Origin: Eledone cirrhosa
Lineage: Eukaryota
Reading direction: 5' to 3'
Assembly (NCBI GenBank): GCA_964016885.1
Contig: OZ024740.1
Span: 102,858,001-102,922,000 of the forward strand
DNA length: 64,000 nt
The first letter of the stretch is position 1. Every line of letters starts with the position of its first letter. A program made the position numbers and the translations under genes. Below the pieces are notes generated by a model that was not told where the DNA came from, searched no databases, and was given only the letters and a program-made list of their open reading frames with translations. Shown piece by piece: positions 43,301 to 57,752 of this stretch.

Positions 43301-46300
43301 AGTCCTCTACATTCACTACCATACACCACCATACATCATACACACACCACATACAGTCCTCTACATTCACTACCATACACCACCAAACAACATACACACA
43401 CCACATATAGTTCCCTACATGCACTACCATACACCACCAAACAACATACACACACCACATATAGTTCCCTACATGCACTACCATACACCACCATACATCA
43501 TACACACACCACATATAGTTCCCTACATGCACTACCATACACCACCAAACATCATACACACACCACATACAGTTCCCTACATTCACTACCATACACCACC
43601 AAACAACATACACACACCACATATAGTCCCCTACATGTACTACCATACACCACCAAACATCATACACACACCACATACAGTTCCCTACATTCACTACCAT
43701 ACACCACCATACATCATACACACACCACATAGTCCTCTACATTCACTACCATACACCACCATACAACATACACACACCACATACAGTCCTCTACATTCAC
43801 TACCATACACCACCATACATCATACACACACCACATATAGTTCCCTACATTCACTACCATACACCACCATACATCACACACACACCACCACATACAGTTC
43901 CCTACATTCACTACCATACACCACCATACATCATACACACACCACATATAGTTCCCTACATTCACTACCATACACCACCATACATCATACACACACCACA
44001 TACAGTCCTCTACATTCACTACCATACACCACCATACATCATACACACACCACATATAGTTCCTTACATGCACTACCATACACCACCAAACATCATACAC
44101 ACACCACATACAGTCCTCTACATTCACTACCATACACCACCATACATCATACACACACCACATATAGTTCCCTACATTTACTACCATACACCACCATACA
44201 TCATACACACACCACATATAGTTCCCTACATTCACTACCATACACCACCATACATCATACACACACCACATACAGTCCTCTACATTTACTACCATACACC
44301 ACCAAACAACATACACACACCACATATAGTTCCCTACATGCACTACCATACACCACCAAACATCATACACACACCACATACAGTCCTCTACATTCACTAC
44401 CATACACCACCATACATCATACACACACCACATACAGTCCTCTACATTTACTACCATACACCACCAAACAACATACACACACCACATATAGTTCCCTACA
44501 TGCACTACCATACACCACCAAACATCATACACACACCACATACAGTCCTCTACATTCACTACCATACACCACCATACATCATACACACACCACATACAGT
44601 CCTCTACATTCACTACCATACACCACCAAACAACATACACACACCACATATAGTTCCCTACATGCCCTACCATACACCACCAAACAACATACACACACCA
44701 CATATAGTTCCCTACATGCACTACCATACACCACCAAACAACATACACACACCACATATAGTTCCCTACATTCACTACCATACACCCCCATACATCATAC
44801 ACACACCACATATAGTTCCCTACATCCACTACCATACACCACCATACATCATGCACACACCACATACAGTTCCCTACATTCACTACCATACATCAAACAC
44901 ACACCACATACAGTCCTCTACATTCACTACCATACACCACCATACATCATACACACACCACATACAGTCCTCTACATTCACTACCATACACCACCATACA
45001 TCATACACACACCACATACAGTCCTCTACATTCACTACCATACACCACCATATATCATACACACACCACATATAGTTCCCTACATTCACTACCATACACC
45101 CCCATACATCATACACACACCACATATAGTTCCCTACATCCACTACCATACACCACCATACATCATACACACACCACATATAGTTCCCTACATTCACTAC
45201 CATACACCCCCATACATCATACACACACCACATACAGTTCCCTACATTCACTACCATACACCACCATACATCATACACACACCACATATAGTTCCCTACA
45301 TTCACTACCATACACCACCATACATCACACACACACCACATACAGTTCCCTACATTCACTACCATACACCACCATACATCATACACACACCACATATAGT
45401 TCCCTACATTCACTACCATACACCACCATACATCATACACACACCACATACAGTCCTCTACATTTACTACCATACACCACCAAACAACATACACACACCA
45501 CATATAGTTCCCTACATGCACTACCATACACCACCAAACATCATACACACACCACATATAGTTCCCTACATTCACTACCATACACCACCATACATCATAC
45601 ACACACCACATATAGTTCCCTACATTCACTACCATACACCACCATACATCACACACACACCACATACAGTTCCCTACATTCACTACCATACACCACCATA
45701 CATCATACACACACCACATATAGTTCCCTACATTCACTACCATACACCACCATACATCATACACACACCACATACAGTCCTCTACATTCACTACCATACA
45801 CCACCATACATCATACACACACCAGATATAGTTCCCTACATGCACTACCATACACCACCAAACATCATACACACACCACATACAGTCCTCTACATTCACT
45901 ACCATACACCACCATACATCATACACACACCACATATAGTTCCCTACATTTACTACCATACACCACCATACATCATACACACACCACATATAGTTCCCTA
46001 CATTCACTACCATACACCACCATACATCATACACACACCACATACAGTCCTCTACATTTACTACCATACACCACCAAACAACATACACACACCACATATA
46101 GTTCCCTACATGCACTACCATACACCACCAAACATCATACACACACCACATACAGTCCTCTACATTCACTACCATACACCACCATACATCATACACACAC
46201 CACATACAGTCCTCTACATTTACTACCATACACCACCAAACAACATACACACACCACATATAGTTCCCTACATGCACTACCATACACCACCAAACAACAT

Positions 46301-49300
46301 ACACACACCACATATAGTTCCCTACATGCACTACCATACACCACCAAACATCATACACACACCACATACAGTCCTCTACATTCACTACCATACACCACCA
46401 TACATCATACACACACCACATACAGTCCTCTACATTCACTACCATACACCACCAAACAACATACACACACCACATATAGTTCCCTACATGCACTACCATA
46501 CACCACCAAACAACATACACACACCACATATAGTTCCCTACATGCACTACCATACACCACCAAACAACATACACACACCACATATAGTCCCCTACATGTA
46601 CTACCATACACCACCAAACATCATACACACACCACATACAGTTCCCTACATTCACTACCATACACCACCATACATCATACACACACCACATAGTCCTCTA
46701 CATTCACTACCATACACCACCATACAACATACACACACGACATACAGTCCTCTACATTCACTACCATACACCACCATACATCATACACACACCACATATA
46801 GTTCCCTACATTCACTACCATACACCACCATACATCACACACACACCACATACAGTTCCCTACATTCACTACCATACACCACCATACATCATACACACAC
46901 CACATATAGTTCCCTACATTCACTACCATACACCACCATACATCATACACACACCACATACAGTCCTCTACATTCACTACCATACACCACCATACATCAT
47001 ACACACACCACATATAGTTCCTTACATGCACTACCATACACCACCAAACATCATACACACACCACATACAGTCCTCTACATTCACTACCATACACCACCA
47101 TACATCATACACACACCACATATAGTTCCCTACATTTACTACCATACACCACCATACATCATACACACACCACATATAGTTCCCTACATTCACTACCATA
47201 CACCACCATACATCATACACACACCACATACAGTCCTCTACATTTACTACCATACACCACCAAACAACATACACACACCACATATAGTTCCCTACATGCA
47301 CTACCATACACCACCAAACATCATACACACACCACATACAGTCCTCTACATTCACTACCATACACCACCATACATCATACACACACCACATACAGTCCTC
47401 TACATTTACTACCATACACCACCAAACAACATACACACACCACATATAGTTCCCTACATGCACTACCATACACCACCAAACATCATACACACACCACATA
47501 CAGTCCTCTACATTCACTACCATACACCACCATACATCATACACACACCACATACAGTCCTCTACATTCACTACCATACACCACCAAACAACATACACAC
47601 ACCACATATAGTTCCCTACATGCCCTACCATACACCACCAAACAACATACACACACCACATATAGTTCCCTACATGCACTACCATACACCACCAAACAAC
47701 ATACACACACCACATATAGTTCCCTACATGCACTACCATACACCACCAAACATCATACACACACCACATACAGTTCCCTACATTCACTACCATACACCAC
47801 CATACATCATACACACACCACATAGTCCTCTACATTCACTACCATACACCACCATACATCATACACACACCACATACAGTCCTCTACATTCACTACCATA
47901 CACCACCAAACAACATACACACACCACATACAGTCCTCTACATTCACTACCATACACCACCAAACAACATACACACACCACATATAGTTCCCTACATGCA
48001 CTACCATACACCACCAAACAACATACACACACCACATATAGTTCCCTACATGCACTACCATACACCACCATACATCATACACACACCACATACAGTCCTC
48101 TACATTCACTATCATACACCACCATACATCATACACACACCACATACAGTCCTCTACATTCACTACCATACACCACCATACAACATACACACACCACATA
48201 CAGTCCTCTACATTCACTACCATACACCACCATACATCATACACACACCACATACAGTCCTCTACATTCACTACCATACACCACCATACAACATACACAC
48301 ACCACATACAGTCCTCTACATTCACTACCATACACCACCATACAACATACCCACACCACATACAGTCCTCTACATTCACTACCATACACCACCATACATC
48401 ATACACACACCACATACAGTCCTCTACATTCACTACCATACACCACCATACAACATACACACACCACATACAGTCCTCTACATTCACTACCATACACCAC
48501 CATACATCATACACACACCACATACAGTCCTCTACATTCACTACCATACACCACCATACAACATACACACACCACATACAGTCCTCTACATTCACTACCA
48601 TACACCACCATACAACATACACACACCACATACAGTCCTCTACATTCACTACCATACACCACCATACATCATACACACACCACATACAGTCCTCTACATT
48701 CACTACCATACACCACCATACAACATACACACACCACATACAGTCCTCTACATTCACTACCATACACCACCATACATCATACACACACCACATACAGTCC
48801 TCTACATTCACTACCATACACCACCATACATCATACACACACCACATACAGTCCTCTACATTCACTACCATACACCACCATACAACATACACACACCACA
48901 TACAGTCCTCTACATTCACTACCATACACCACCATACATCATACACACACCACATACAGTCCTCTACATTCACTACCATACACCACCATACAACATACAC
49001 ACACCACATACAGTCCTCTACATTCACTACCATACACCACCATACAACATACACACACCACATACAGTCCTCTACATTCACTACCATACACCACCATACA
49101 TCATACACACACCACATACAGTCCTCTACATTCACTACCATACACCACCATACATCATACACACACCACATACAGTTCCCTACATTCACTACCATACACC
49201 ACCATACATCAAACACACACCACATATAGTTCCCTACATTCACTACCATACACCACCAAACATCATACACACACCACATACAGTCCTCTACATTCACTAC

Positions 49301-49676
49301 CATACACCACCATACATCATACACACACCACATACAGTCCTCTACATTCACTACCATACACCACCATACATCATACACACACCACATACAGTTCCCTACA
49401 TTCACTACCATACACCACCATACATCATACACACACCACATACAGTCCTCTACATTCACTACCATACACCACCATACATCATACACACACCACATACAGT
49501 TCCCTACATTCACTACCATACACCACCATACATCATACACACACCACATACAGTCCTCTACATTCACCACCATACACCACCATACATCATACACACACCA
49601 CATATAGTTCCCTACATTCACTACCATACACCACCATACATTATACACACACCACATATAGTTCCCTACATTTACT
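37303..49676. repeat. 54-bp tandem satellite, ~229 copies
   Basis: Unit cattcactaccatacaccaccatacatcatacacacaccacatacagtcctcta with a few recurrent variants; ~12.37 kb / 54. Confidence 0.97.
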
Positions 49677-50469
49677 GTCCATGTTTCACTACCATGTACC
49701 ATCAGACATCGTATGCATGCCACATATAGTCATCCCCTACATTCACCACCTATGTCTCACTATCACAACAAGATCATAAGATCACTCCCAGACAGAATCT
49801 GATATCTACTCAGCCAGGCCAAACAGAAGGGGCCGATATTAAACCCTCTCATCAAACAAACAGTTCAGTTAATAAGACACCACTTAGAAAAAAAATCTTA
49901 CTGGTCCTTTAATTGTTTGATTATTTAGATAACTGCAGCAGGGTAGGCAGAGCAGATCTAAGAGGGGAAGCACACAGTGGGAGTCATGTTTGTCTAAAAA
50001 AAATATCTCCTCTGACCCTGCAGTAATCCTCCACCTTCCCTACGTTACATTACTGGAAAGGTTGGGCAGCGAAGGGGTTAATTAGTACAGAATTATTGGT
50101 CTTAGTTTTGTTCACAAGCAGAGGAAGTGGAATCGTTTTTCACATAATGGTAGGTGTGGTGGTAGTTACCATGGTAATTATAGTGTTGATTATGTTGGAA
50201 GTGGTTAGGGTGATGGTGGTGGTGAGGATGATGATGGTGGTGATGATGATGGTGGTGATGGTGGTGGTAGTGATGTGGTAATGATGGAGGTTGCTGTGGT
50301 GTTTTTGTGTGGAACATAGGTGTGCTTTTATGTATGTATGCACGTATGTATGTTTCTCTTTCTCTTAATTTCAAGTATATTTTTGACTGGCCACCTTCCT
50401 GGTGGCAAGGTTGTAAAAGAAAAGAAATTGTCATCCCTTGAATTGCAAGAATGTTTTGCAAATTTTGTA

Positions 50470-50930
50470 GGTACCAGCTACATTCAGTTATACTTTGGTA
50501 AAGTGGGTTAGTATATAACCTGTAGCTCCAATAATGATGGGTATGAAGCTGATCTGCAAACTCCTCATCAATGGTCCGTAGATGTCCTCCTCCTCTTATA
50601 TTTTTCTTAAAATGTTGACATCAAGTGGGAAGCTGATCTCTACAACAGATCACATTTTCAATGTGTGGTCCCAAACAACAATATCAGGCCGGTTGTGCTT
50701 TAACTTGGTAGGAGTTTTTATTTTCAGGCTCCACCAGTATTCTTTAGTGCCATCTATCTCAACATATTCCTCCTCTTTTGTTTTTAATTTTGTTTTCCTA
50801 AGTGCGCTCCAGATGGTTCTAGCTATCACATCATGTCTCGTAGGGAGGTAGTAGTGAGACAACATTCTTTTGAAGTTGGCAACAATGTGGCTAACATCTT
50901 CGATCTTTGTTTTACATAGCCTACATTTAT
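50470..50930 (-). mobile_element. R4/Dong-like RLE retrotransposon, C-terminal part
   Basis: KCRLCKTKIEDVSHIV...RHDVIA...KHNRPDIVVWD...VVEISFPLD...IPIIIGATG: zinc knuckle plus PD-(D/E) endonuclease, with stops. Confidence 0.85.
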
Positions 50931-51377
50931 AATAATAATAATGAAATAATAATGAAATATTGTGTACAGTGCTCAGGTGCACTTCACCTCATCAAAAGTG
51001 TATGTATAGTACATAGGGTAATGTACAAACGTCAGGAAAATGAACATTGCATGAGTCATGATATACACATGTGTGCATGTGTATGGAAGGGGTACATCGG
51101 GTGTAGTTTTCGCGAATTTCGGGAAGCATGAGGGTTTTAAAGGATGCAGTGTCTCGGCAGCAAACAACTGACGCAGGCAGTTTGTTCCATGCTTCAGCAA
51201 CTCTGAGCGTGAAAAAATGTTTCCGAAAGTCATGGGAGCTGTGTTGTTTTCTGATTTTGTAGGCATGTCCACGTGTGTTAGACACATGGAGATCAAAAAG
51301 GTGCTCAGGATTGTTGTCGGCGAGATGGTTAATAACTTTGTGGGTGTTTACCAAGTCCATTGCCAGACGTCGGAGCT

Positions 51378-53438
51378 TCAATGAATCCATGCCCAGGGAA
51401 GCAAGGCGTTCAGCGTATGGTAGGTGTCTGATGGAGGGTATGCGCTTGGTTGCACGTCTCTAAACAGCTTCCAGGAGGTCAATGTTCTGAGCAAGTGTCG
51501 TCGTACCATAGCTGTATACAGCTTTAAATAGATGGCTGGAGAGCGACTAACAAAGGTCTTGCTGAGTGATGCCAAGACACCCTCGGCCTTCTTGGCAATC
51601 TTAGAGACATGCTTTGTCCAACACAAATCGCTGCTGACAATAATGCCCGGGTCACGTTCACAAGAGGACTTCTTGATATCAGTGTTGTGGAAGGAGTATG
51701 TGGACGCTGGATTTTTCCTCACAAAATGCATGGTGGTACACTTGTCCACAGCCAGCTTCAGTTGCCAGTCTGTGATCCATTGCTGCATTGTGTCCAGGTC
51801 TGATTGTAGGAAAGAGTTGTAGATTTCAGGATCAGCCCTTTTGATTTCAAGGTACAGCTTGATGTCATCTGCATATTTCAGTACCGTGGCATTCTTTAAG
51901 TTGGCATCTATGTCATTAATATATGCCACAAACAAAAGGGGACCAAGAACAGATCCCTGTGGTACACCAGATGACATCTCATATGGTGAAGAATGCTGTC
52001 CTAGAACCGTGACTACCTCTTTTCGGCTGAGAATGAAGGATTTCAACCAGTTAAAAAGATCATCCCTCACACCCATTGCAGAGAGTTTTGCCATAAGTCT
52101 TTTGTGTGGCACAGAATTAAAAGCCTTAGCGAAGTCAAGGTAAACAACATCCACCCATGAGCTGCTGTCAGTGATCCGGGTAATGTCTTCAAGGAACTCG
52201 ATAAGCTGATCACAGCAGCTGGAGTTAGGGATAAATCCAAACTGCGAGGGCCGGATGAGGCTGTGAGAGCTCCAGAAGTTCCAAAGTGTTTCTATGACAC
52301 AGGATTCCATCAGTTTGGCAATACAGCTAGTAAAACTGACTGGGCGATAGTTGACAGGTGACGTGCGGTCGCCCTTTTTGAACAGGGGAATGACACTGGC
52401 AGTTTTCCACTGCTCCGGAGTAGCACCATTGTTGGAACAGTATTGAAAGAAGAAAGAAAGTTGGTGCAAAAGAAAGAACCCGCCACGTTTGAGAAGCAGG
52501 TATGTAACACCATCAAGACCAGTGGAGGCACAGTTGCGCTTATTCTTAAGGTGACGTCGCAACATTGCAGGTGTAAATTCCATAGTTGTTATGGAATTTG
52601 ATGTTAGAGATGGTGGCGATGGTACATTCTGGTTTTCAACAGTAAAAATGCTTGCATAGCACTCAGCAATGAGTTCTGCGCATTCTTTGGGATCATCAGT
52701 GATCTGGCTTGTGTGGAGATTGCGAAAAGGACCAACTGGAGAGTGAGGTCTCTGCTTTGAATGAACATATTTCCAGAACACCTTACTGTCAGGATTGGTT
52801 GCTATGCACTGTTCAAATTCAAGCACTGCCTTTTTTGTCACTTGCTTGAGATGGTTGGAAAATTTATTCCGCTTTTTTCTGTTGGCATCTGATTTATGCA
52901 GTTTATATTCCCGTTCAACGTTCCGACGTTCTTTCCTGGCAAGTCGGAGCACTGAATTTTCCCAAATTGCACTTTTAGGGTGTTTTTTTTTCTGCTTATG
53001 TGGCACCGATGCTGCACACGCTATCCATATTGAGCGTAGGATGCTCTGGAGTATAGTGTTCACATCTCCAGAGTTATAGAACTCATGCCAGTTTGGGCGC
53101 TGTAGCTCAGTGCAGTACAAGTTCCAATCTGCTTTCTTCCAATCAAAGCAAGCAGATTGGAGATGGTTCTGGTTTTTGTTGCTGCCCGCGAGAGCCAGAT
53201 TGGCAATGATCATAGCATGATCAGAGTCGCCTAGAGGTTCCTCAGTAGTACAACTGATAACCACTTCAGCAGTAGTGGTGAAGATCAGGTCCAAAGTGTT
53301 GTCACCTCTTGTTGGAGAGGTGACTACTTGTGACCAGTTTGAGTCCAGCACTAGCTCAAGGAAATCGTTTGCACTTTGTGGCCAACGAAAAGTTTCCCAA
53401 TCGATCTCAGGATGATTGAAGTCACCTGCAATAAACAC
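51378..53438 (-). pseudogene. CR1 ORF2: endonuclease C-half + reverse transcriptase
   Basis: GDFN, PTRGDNTLDL, SDH, YRPVSFTS, YLDFAKAF, GVPQGSVLGPLLF, YADD; frameshifted at both ends. Confidence 0.92.
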
Positions 53439-54049
53439 ATAAGTGGCTGTTTTCCTGGCAGCAGCTCTGAGGATATCGTAAAGTTGTGTGTCTTGATGGT
53501 AGTTTGGGGGCGATAAACAACACCAAGCAGAAGTGTTGACATGGTCATATGTATGTCACAAAAAAAAAAACCTTCTTGTGATTCATTCAAATCAACGCAA
53601 GGAATTACCGAAAAGTTGGAACGAACGTAGACCATCACACCACCACCACGGTGATTAATTCGGTCCTTGCGGAAAAGGTTGTACCCAGTAATGCTGAAAA
53701 CCCCATCACAGAGTAAGGAATGTGCCCATGTTTCCGTGACTGTGATGAAGTCAGGGTCGATGCTTCTGACGTAGGAGTTAAACAGATGTATCTTGTTGCA
53801 TAAACTGCGAGCATTTAAGGACAACAATTTGTACCCTGCTTGCAGTTTATGATGGTGTGTAGAGGATGGCAGGTTGTTCTGGTTTAGTTTCCCAGAGTTG
53901 CAGTTTTTATCATTGCCAGTTATTGTGGGTAGAGCACACTTAGACCAGCTGGTATCTCTCTTCCACGTTTCACCAGCCTTAACAAACCTCCAGATCTGCC
54001 CATTATCACGCAGACTAAAACTTTCATGTTGTGCTGAGTTCCGATTCAA
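53351..54049 (-). pseudogene. CR1 ORF2: APE endonuclease N-half
   Basis: LNARSLCNK, ITVTETW, GYNLFRKDR, RGGGVMVYV, GVVYRP. Confidence 0.9.
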
Positions 54050-54166
54050 GGAAGCTGCAGCATGTAGCTTTGGACGTACATGGGTGGTAGGCCTGGGCGT
54101 GTTTGGAAGGTAATTCGATTTTCACGCCCAGATGATATGAAATTGCCTCAGCGGGGTCCGAAAAAG

Positions 54167-54356
54167 ATTTATTGTCAACTGATTGCCCTCCTCTTTTGTG
54201 TAATAGATATTTGGTAGGGATTTCTTGTTCCTGTATTGCATAGAGATATCCTTCAAGGTGGGATGTCATAAACTTGTCAGAACTCCAAGCCAGGCATTTT
54301 GAATGATTTATCTCCTCTATGGTCTGTGTTTTTCGTCTCAGGTACCCATGCACAAC
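54167..54356 (-). mobile_element. R4/Dong-like element, upstream part
   Basis: KVVHGYL...EGYLYAIQEQEIPTKY...SVDNK joins in frame to CRLC at ~50925 once the CR1 is removed. Confidence 0.85.
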
Positions 54357-55315
54357 TTTCTCTGTCTGTCTGTCTGTATGTATGTATGTGTGTGTATGTA
54401 TGTACATATGTATGTATGTATGTATGTTAGGTCACCAGTTGGTGCTACTGGTAACATGTATCCCAGTACAAGCTGTCTCATGGTCGGGTCGTTGGCGACT
54501 AAACTGGCAACCCCACCAAGGTTTCTTGGTGAGGAGGGTGACTTTGGACATCCTGCAGGACTAAAAACAAAACCTGTCAAAGGGCAAAGGAGCTCTTAAG
54601 AGTCAATGGCCATCCAAAATCACCGGGAGAGATGACCCCTTAGCCTTTGTTAAGGCAGAATTCTAGAAGGAAAACTCTGATATAACACCTGCAACCCTGA
54701 TGGTATCCAATGATGTTGACTTCTTCTTGGTAAATATCATCTTGGTTAAGAGAGTGGGTCTGGCTTTGTGCAGTGCCTTTGTTCACTATAAAAGCTTCAC
54801 GGCACAGGCATTGCTTTATATCTGGAGATCTCTCTGCACTTGTCGTCACATGGTACCATGGGTTCAGCACTATGTGTCAATAATTGTCACAAGTGTAGTG
54901 TTTGTACCAGAGTATTCAAGTCGCTGGCTGGACTAAAAAGTCACACTCGTTCAGCGCATCGGTAGGGGTTCTCCTACATGGATATAAAGTAGTGGCCGTA
55001 CTCGAAAGCGAGTTGGCAGCCACCATGTATATATGTATGTATGTCCTGGTTTCATTATTTTATAAAAATGTTTACCAATAAAGAGTCTGTTTCTAACATA
55101 GGCACACAATTCTTTCATTGGAATATAGACGTCAACTAGGTAAATATGTATGCATGCATGTGTGTGTGTGTGTACAGGTATGAATGTTATTGTATGTGGA
55201 TCTGTATGCTTTGAGTTATTTGTGTGCATCTGCATGTTTTGTATGTATGTGTGTATGTATGTATGTATGTATGTGTGTGTATGTCTGTATATATGTATGT
55301 ATATATGTAAATATG

Positions 55316-55347
<32 letters not shown>

Positions 55348-55492
55348 ATGTCTAGTATGCCCATTGGTGTGTAAGGATATAGGTGGTAGTGAGCTGTACC
55401 CCCCACAGGCACATTTATGTGTATGTGTGTATACATATATGTGTGTTAGTTAGTTTACGAATTAATTCAAAATGTTAATATACTCAACTTCC

Positions 55493-55969
55493 ACAGTAAA
55501 TACTAGTGAAGGCCATATGAAGTTTTGCATCAATTTATTCAGCTATTATACATATTTCTCCGGGGTTTATGATTAGGTGATGTGATGACCATATAAATAT
55601 TGGCCCATGGTCATCAGATAGCATTCAGAGATAAAAACAAGCAACTTCTATAGTTTATCGATACAAGGGCTGGCATAGAACATGTTCCCACATTTGTTCT
55701 AGTGTTGGAGAGGAATAAAAATCATATAGGGGCTGCTCAACTAGATGGTTATGTAGTAATCACATCACCTAATCATTGACCTCAGAGAAATATGTATAAT
55801 AGCTGAATAAATGTATGCTCAACTTCATATGGTCTTCACTAATATTTACTGTATGTACACTTTGCCTTGAACTACCAAAATGAAATTGGATCGGTACATG
55901 TTGTCAAGTGCTTTAATCCATTGGCATCACTGTTGAGTGGATTGAGTGGATGAGTCAGATAATAAAAAG
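55493..55969. mobile_element. Older fold-back hammerhead element
   Basis: Imperfect arms 55493-55589/55756-55852; minus strand gctat CTGATGA(55617-55611) ... GAAA tatgtaT A atagc; tail with ttgtcaagtgctttaatc ends at (TA)n. Confidence 0.7.
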
Positions 55970-56003
<34 letters not shown>

Positions 56004-56046
56004 ACAAATTTAATATAAAAATGGCTTCTACAAGACTAGAACTGTT

Positions 56047-56632
56047 TCATCATCATCATCATTGTTTAACGTCTATCTTCCATGCTAGCATGGGTTTAGA
56101 TGCTAATTGTCCCACGTGAGGCAAGATTGGTTGTCTTGCTCGTATAGGACTGTCTGGCGGGTTTTCTACGGTTGCATGCCCTTCCTAACACCAACCACTT
56201 TTACAGTGTGGACTGGGAGGTGTTTACCATGTTACCTACACGGCCACATTACAGCGTGGACTGTGTGTTTTTTTTGTCGTGACACCTACACGACCTCATG
56301 TATTTTTTGTTAGAGGTGCCTACTGACTGTAGGTTTTGCTTTGTACTTAGGCAAGGCGGATCTTCTGTATTACAAGTAGTGCCAAAGTTCTTGGTCCAGT
56401 GACATTGTCTTGGAGAGGTGTAAGTGTGTGAGGTCGGAATTTATCAAATCGTCCCAGGTTTTTCTGGGTCTGCCTACTCCGTAGCTTCCATCTATTTTGA
56501 TCGCCCTGCACTTTTTTATACAACTGTCGTCTTTCATGCGCATCACGTGACCATACCAACAGCATCTGATCCCTCTTATTCCTAATTTCTCACTTAGTTC
56601 ATTTATGCTTTGCCGTTCACGTATATTACTAT
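56047..56632 (-). mobile_element. RTE LINE 3' end (ORF terminus + UTR + (GAT)n)
   Basis: ELSEKLGIRGI...WYGHVMRMKDDSCIKKC...GRPRKTWDDLINSDL. Confidence 0.88.
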
Positions 56633-56812
56633 TACTTCAAGGGAAATCATCAGGAAAGAAACCATTTCTATATTAATTTGTTGTATACACTCTACTAATG
56701 TATTGAGTACCTTACTTACTGCGGTTAGTCCCGATTGAACCCAGGACTCACACACACGCACATCTAGCTGTTGAAAAAGCAGGAGCTCAGCTGTCGAGGT
56801 CCCGAATCCTTC

Positions 56813-56843
<31 letters not shown>

Positions 56844-57644
56844 AATGAGTATGGTGGAAATAATAATTAAAGTATCTGTCACAAATAGTTTGTGAAATTA
56901 CTTCAGAATAGATAGCTTCAACATCAACGTCTGTCTAAAAACTGTTTTTACATCCACATATTTTTTCCAGGATTATAGTCATTAAGTAATTGTTCAGAAA
57001 GAAGCAACACCATCATCTGCCCGGAGGGCTATTTGTGAGTGAATATTACGTGTGCTAGCTTCTTAAAATTGTGTTTATCTGTCACCTACTAAACCCATTT
57101 CTAGATTGTTCCAGCAAGAAACCTTGCTTTCCCTTACCTTTGTGTCACTCTCCTCAATTGTTCTGAGCTGACTGACTTTCTAATCACATTGTCTAACAAC
57201 AATTAGACATTTAAAGCTTATTTAAACTGTTTAACTTTTGCCTTATGTCATACTTCTTGCTTGCCAGTGTTGGTGGTGGTGGTGGGTTGTTTGTAGTTGT
57301 GGTGATGGTGGTGGTGATGATTATGTTACTGGTCATGGCAGTAATGGTGATTGTGGTATATATATATATATGATAACCCATGCTAGTGTGGAAATGGACG
57401 TAAAGCGGTGATGATGATGATACATATATATATGTGTGAATCATCATCATCGTTGTTGTTTTAACATCCGCTTTCCCTTATATATAATATATATATATAT
57501 ATATCAAAATAAGAGTCATATATCATAAGAATAGAGAAGAAGGAACTATGATATAGTATGTTAGCTGCCTTAGACAAAGCGAAGTGTGCTCAATGCTTAA
57601 AGAGGTGAGATTAAATATTATAGTGGAGTTAAAATTTAAGGAGA

Positions 57645-57752
57645 GTTTGTCTGAAGAGTCTAATAGGTACATTTCTATGGTAGGATGTAAACCGCATGTA
57701 TCCACTTGTTAAATTATGAATGTACTTAACGACGAAATACTGTGTAAGAAAT
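57645..57752 (+). ncRNA. Type I hammerhead motif with long stem II
   Basis: gtttgt CTGAAGA(57651) gtc..aggtacatt...aatgtactt..gac GAAA(57734) tactgtgT A agaaat. Confidence 0.6.

Larger units (their letters stand above)
50931..54166 (-). mobile_element. CR1-clade LINE, near-complete ORF2 with frameshifts, 3' UTR and (TTA)n tail
   Basis: APE, RT and C-terminal TRGH...RKHFFTLRVAEAWNKLP motifs; atttat TSD at 50925-50930 and 54167-54172. Confidence 0.93.

Noticed and set aside
37303-49676. CRISPR-like array
   Set aside because: No unique spacers, pure tandem repeat, no cas genes, eukaryotic context
37278-49779. Very long His/Tyr/Pro/Thr-rich and Val/Trp/Cys/Met-rich ORFs (up to 2433 aa)
   Set aside because: A 54-bp unit lacking stops keeps several frames on both strands open; indels switch frames freely; the unit traces to an RTE fragment
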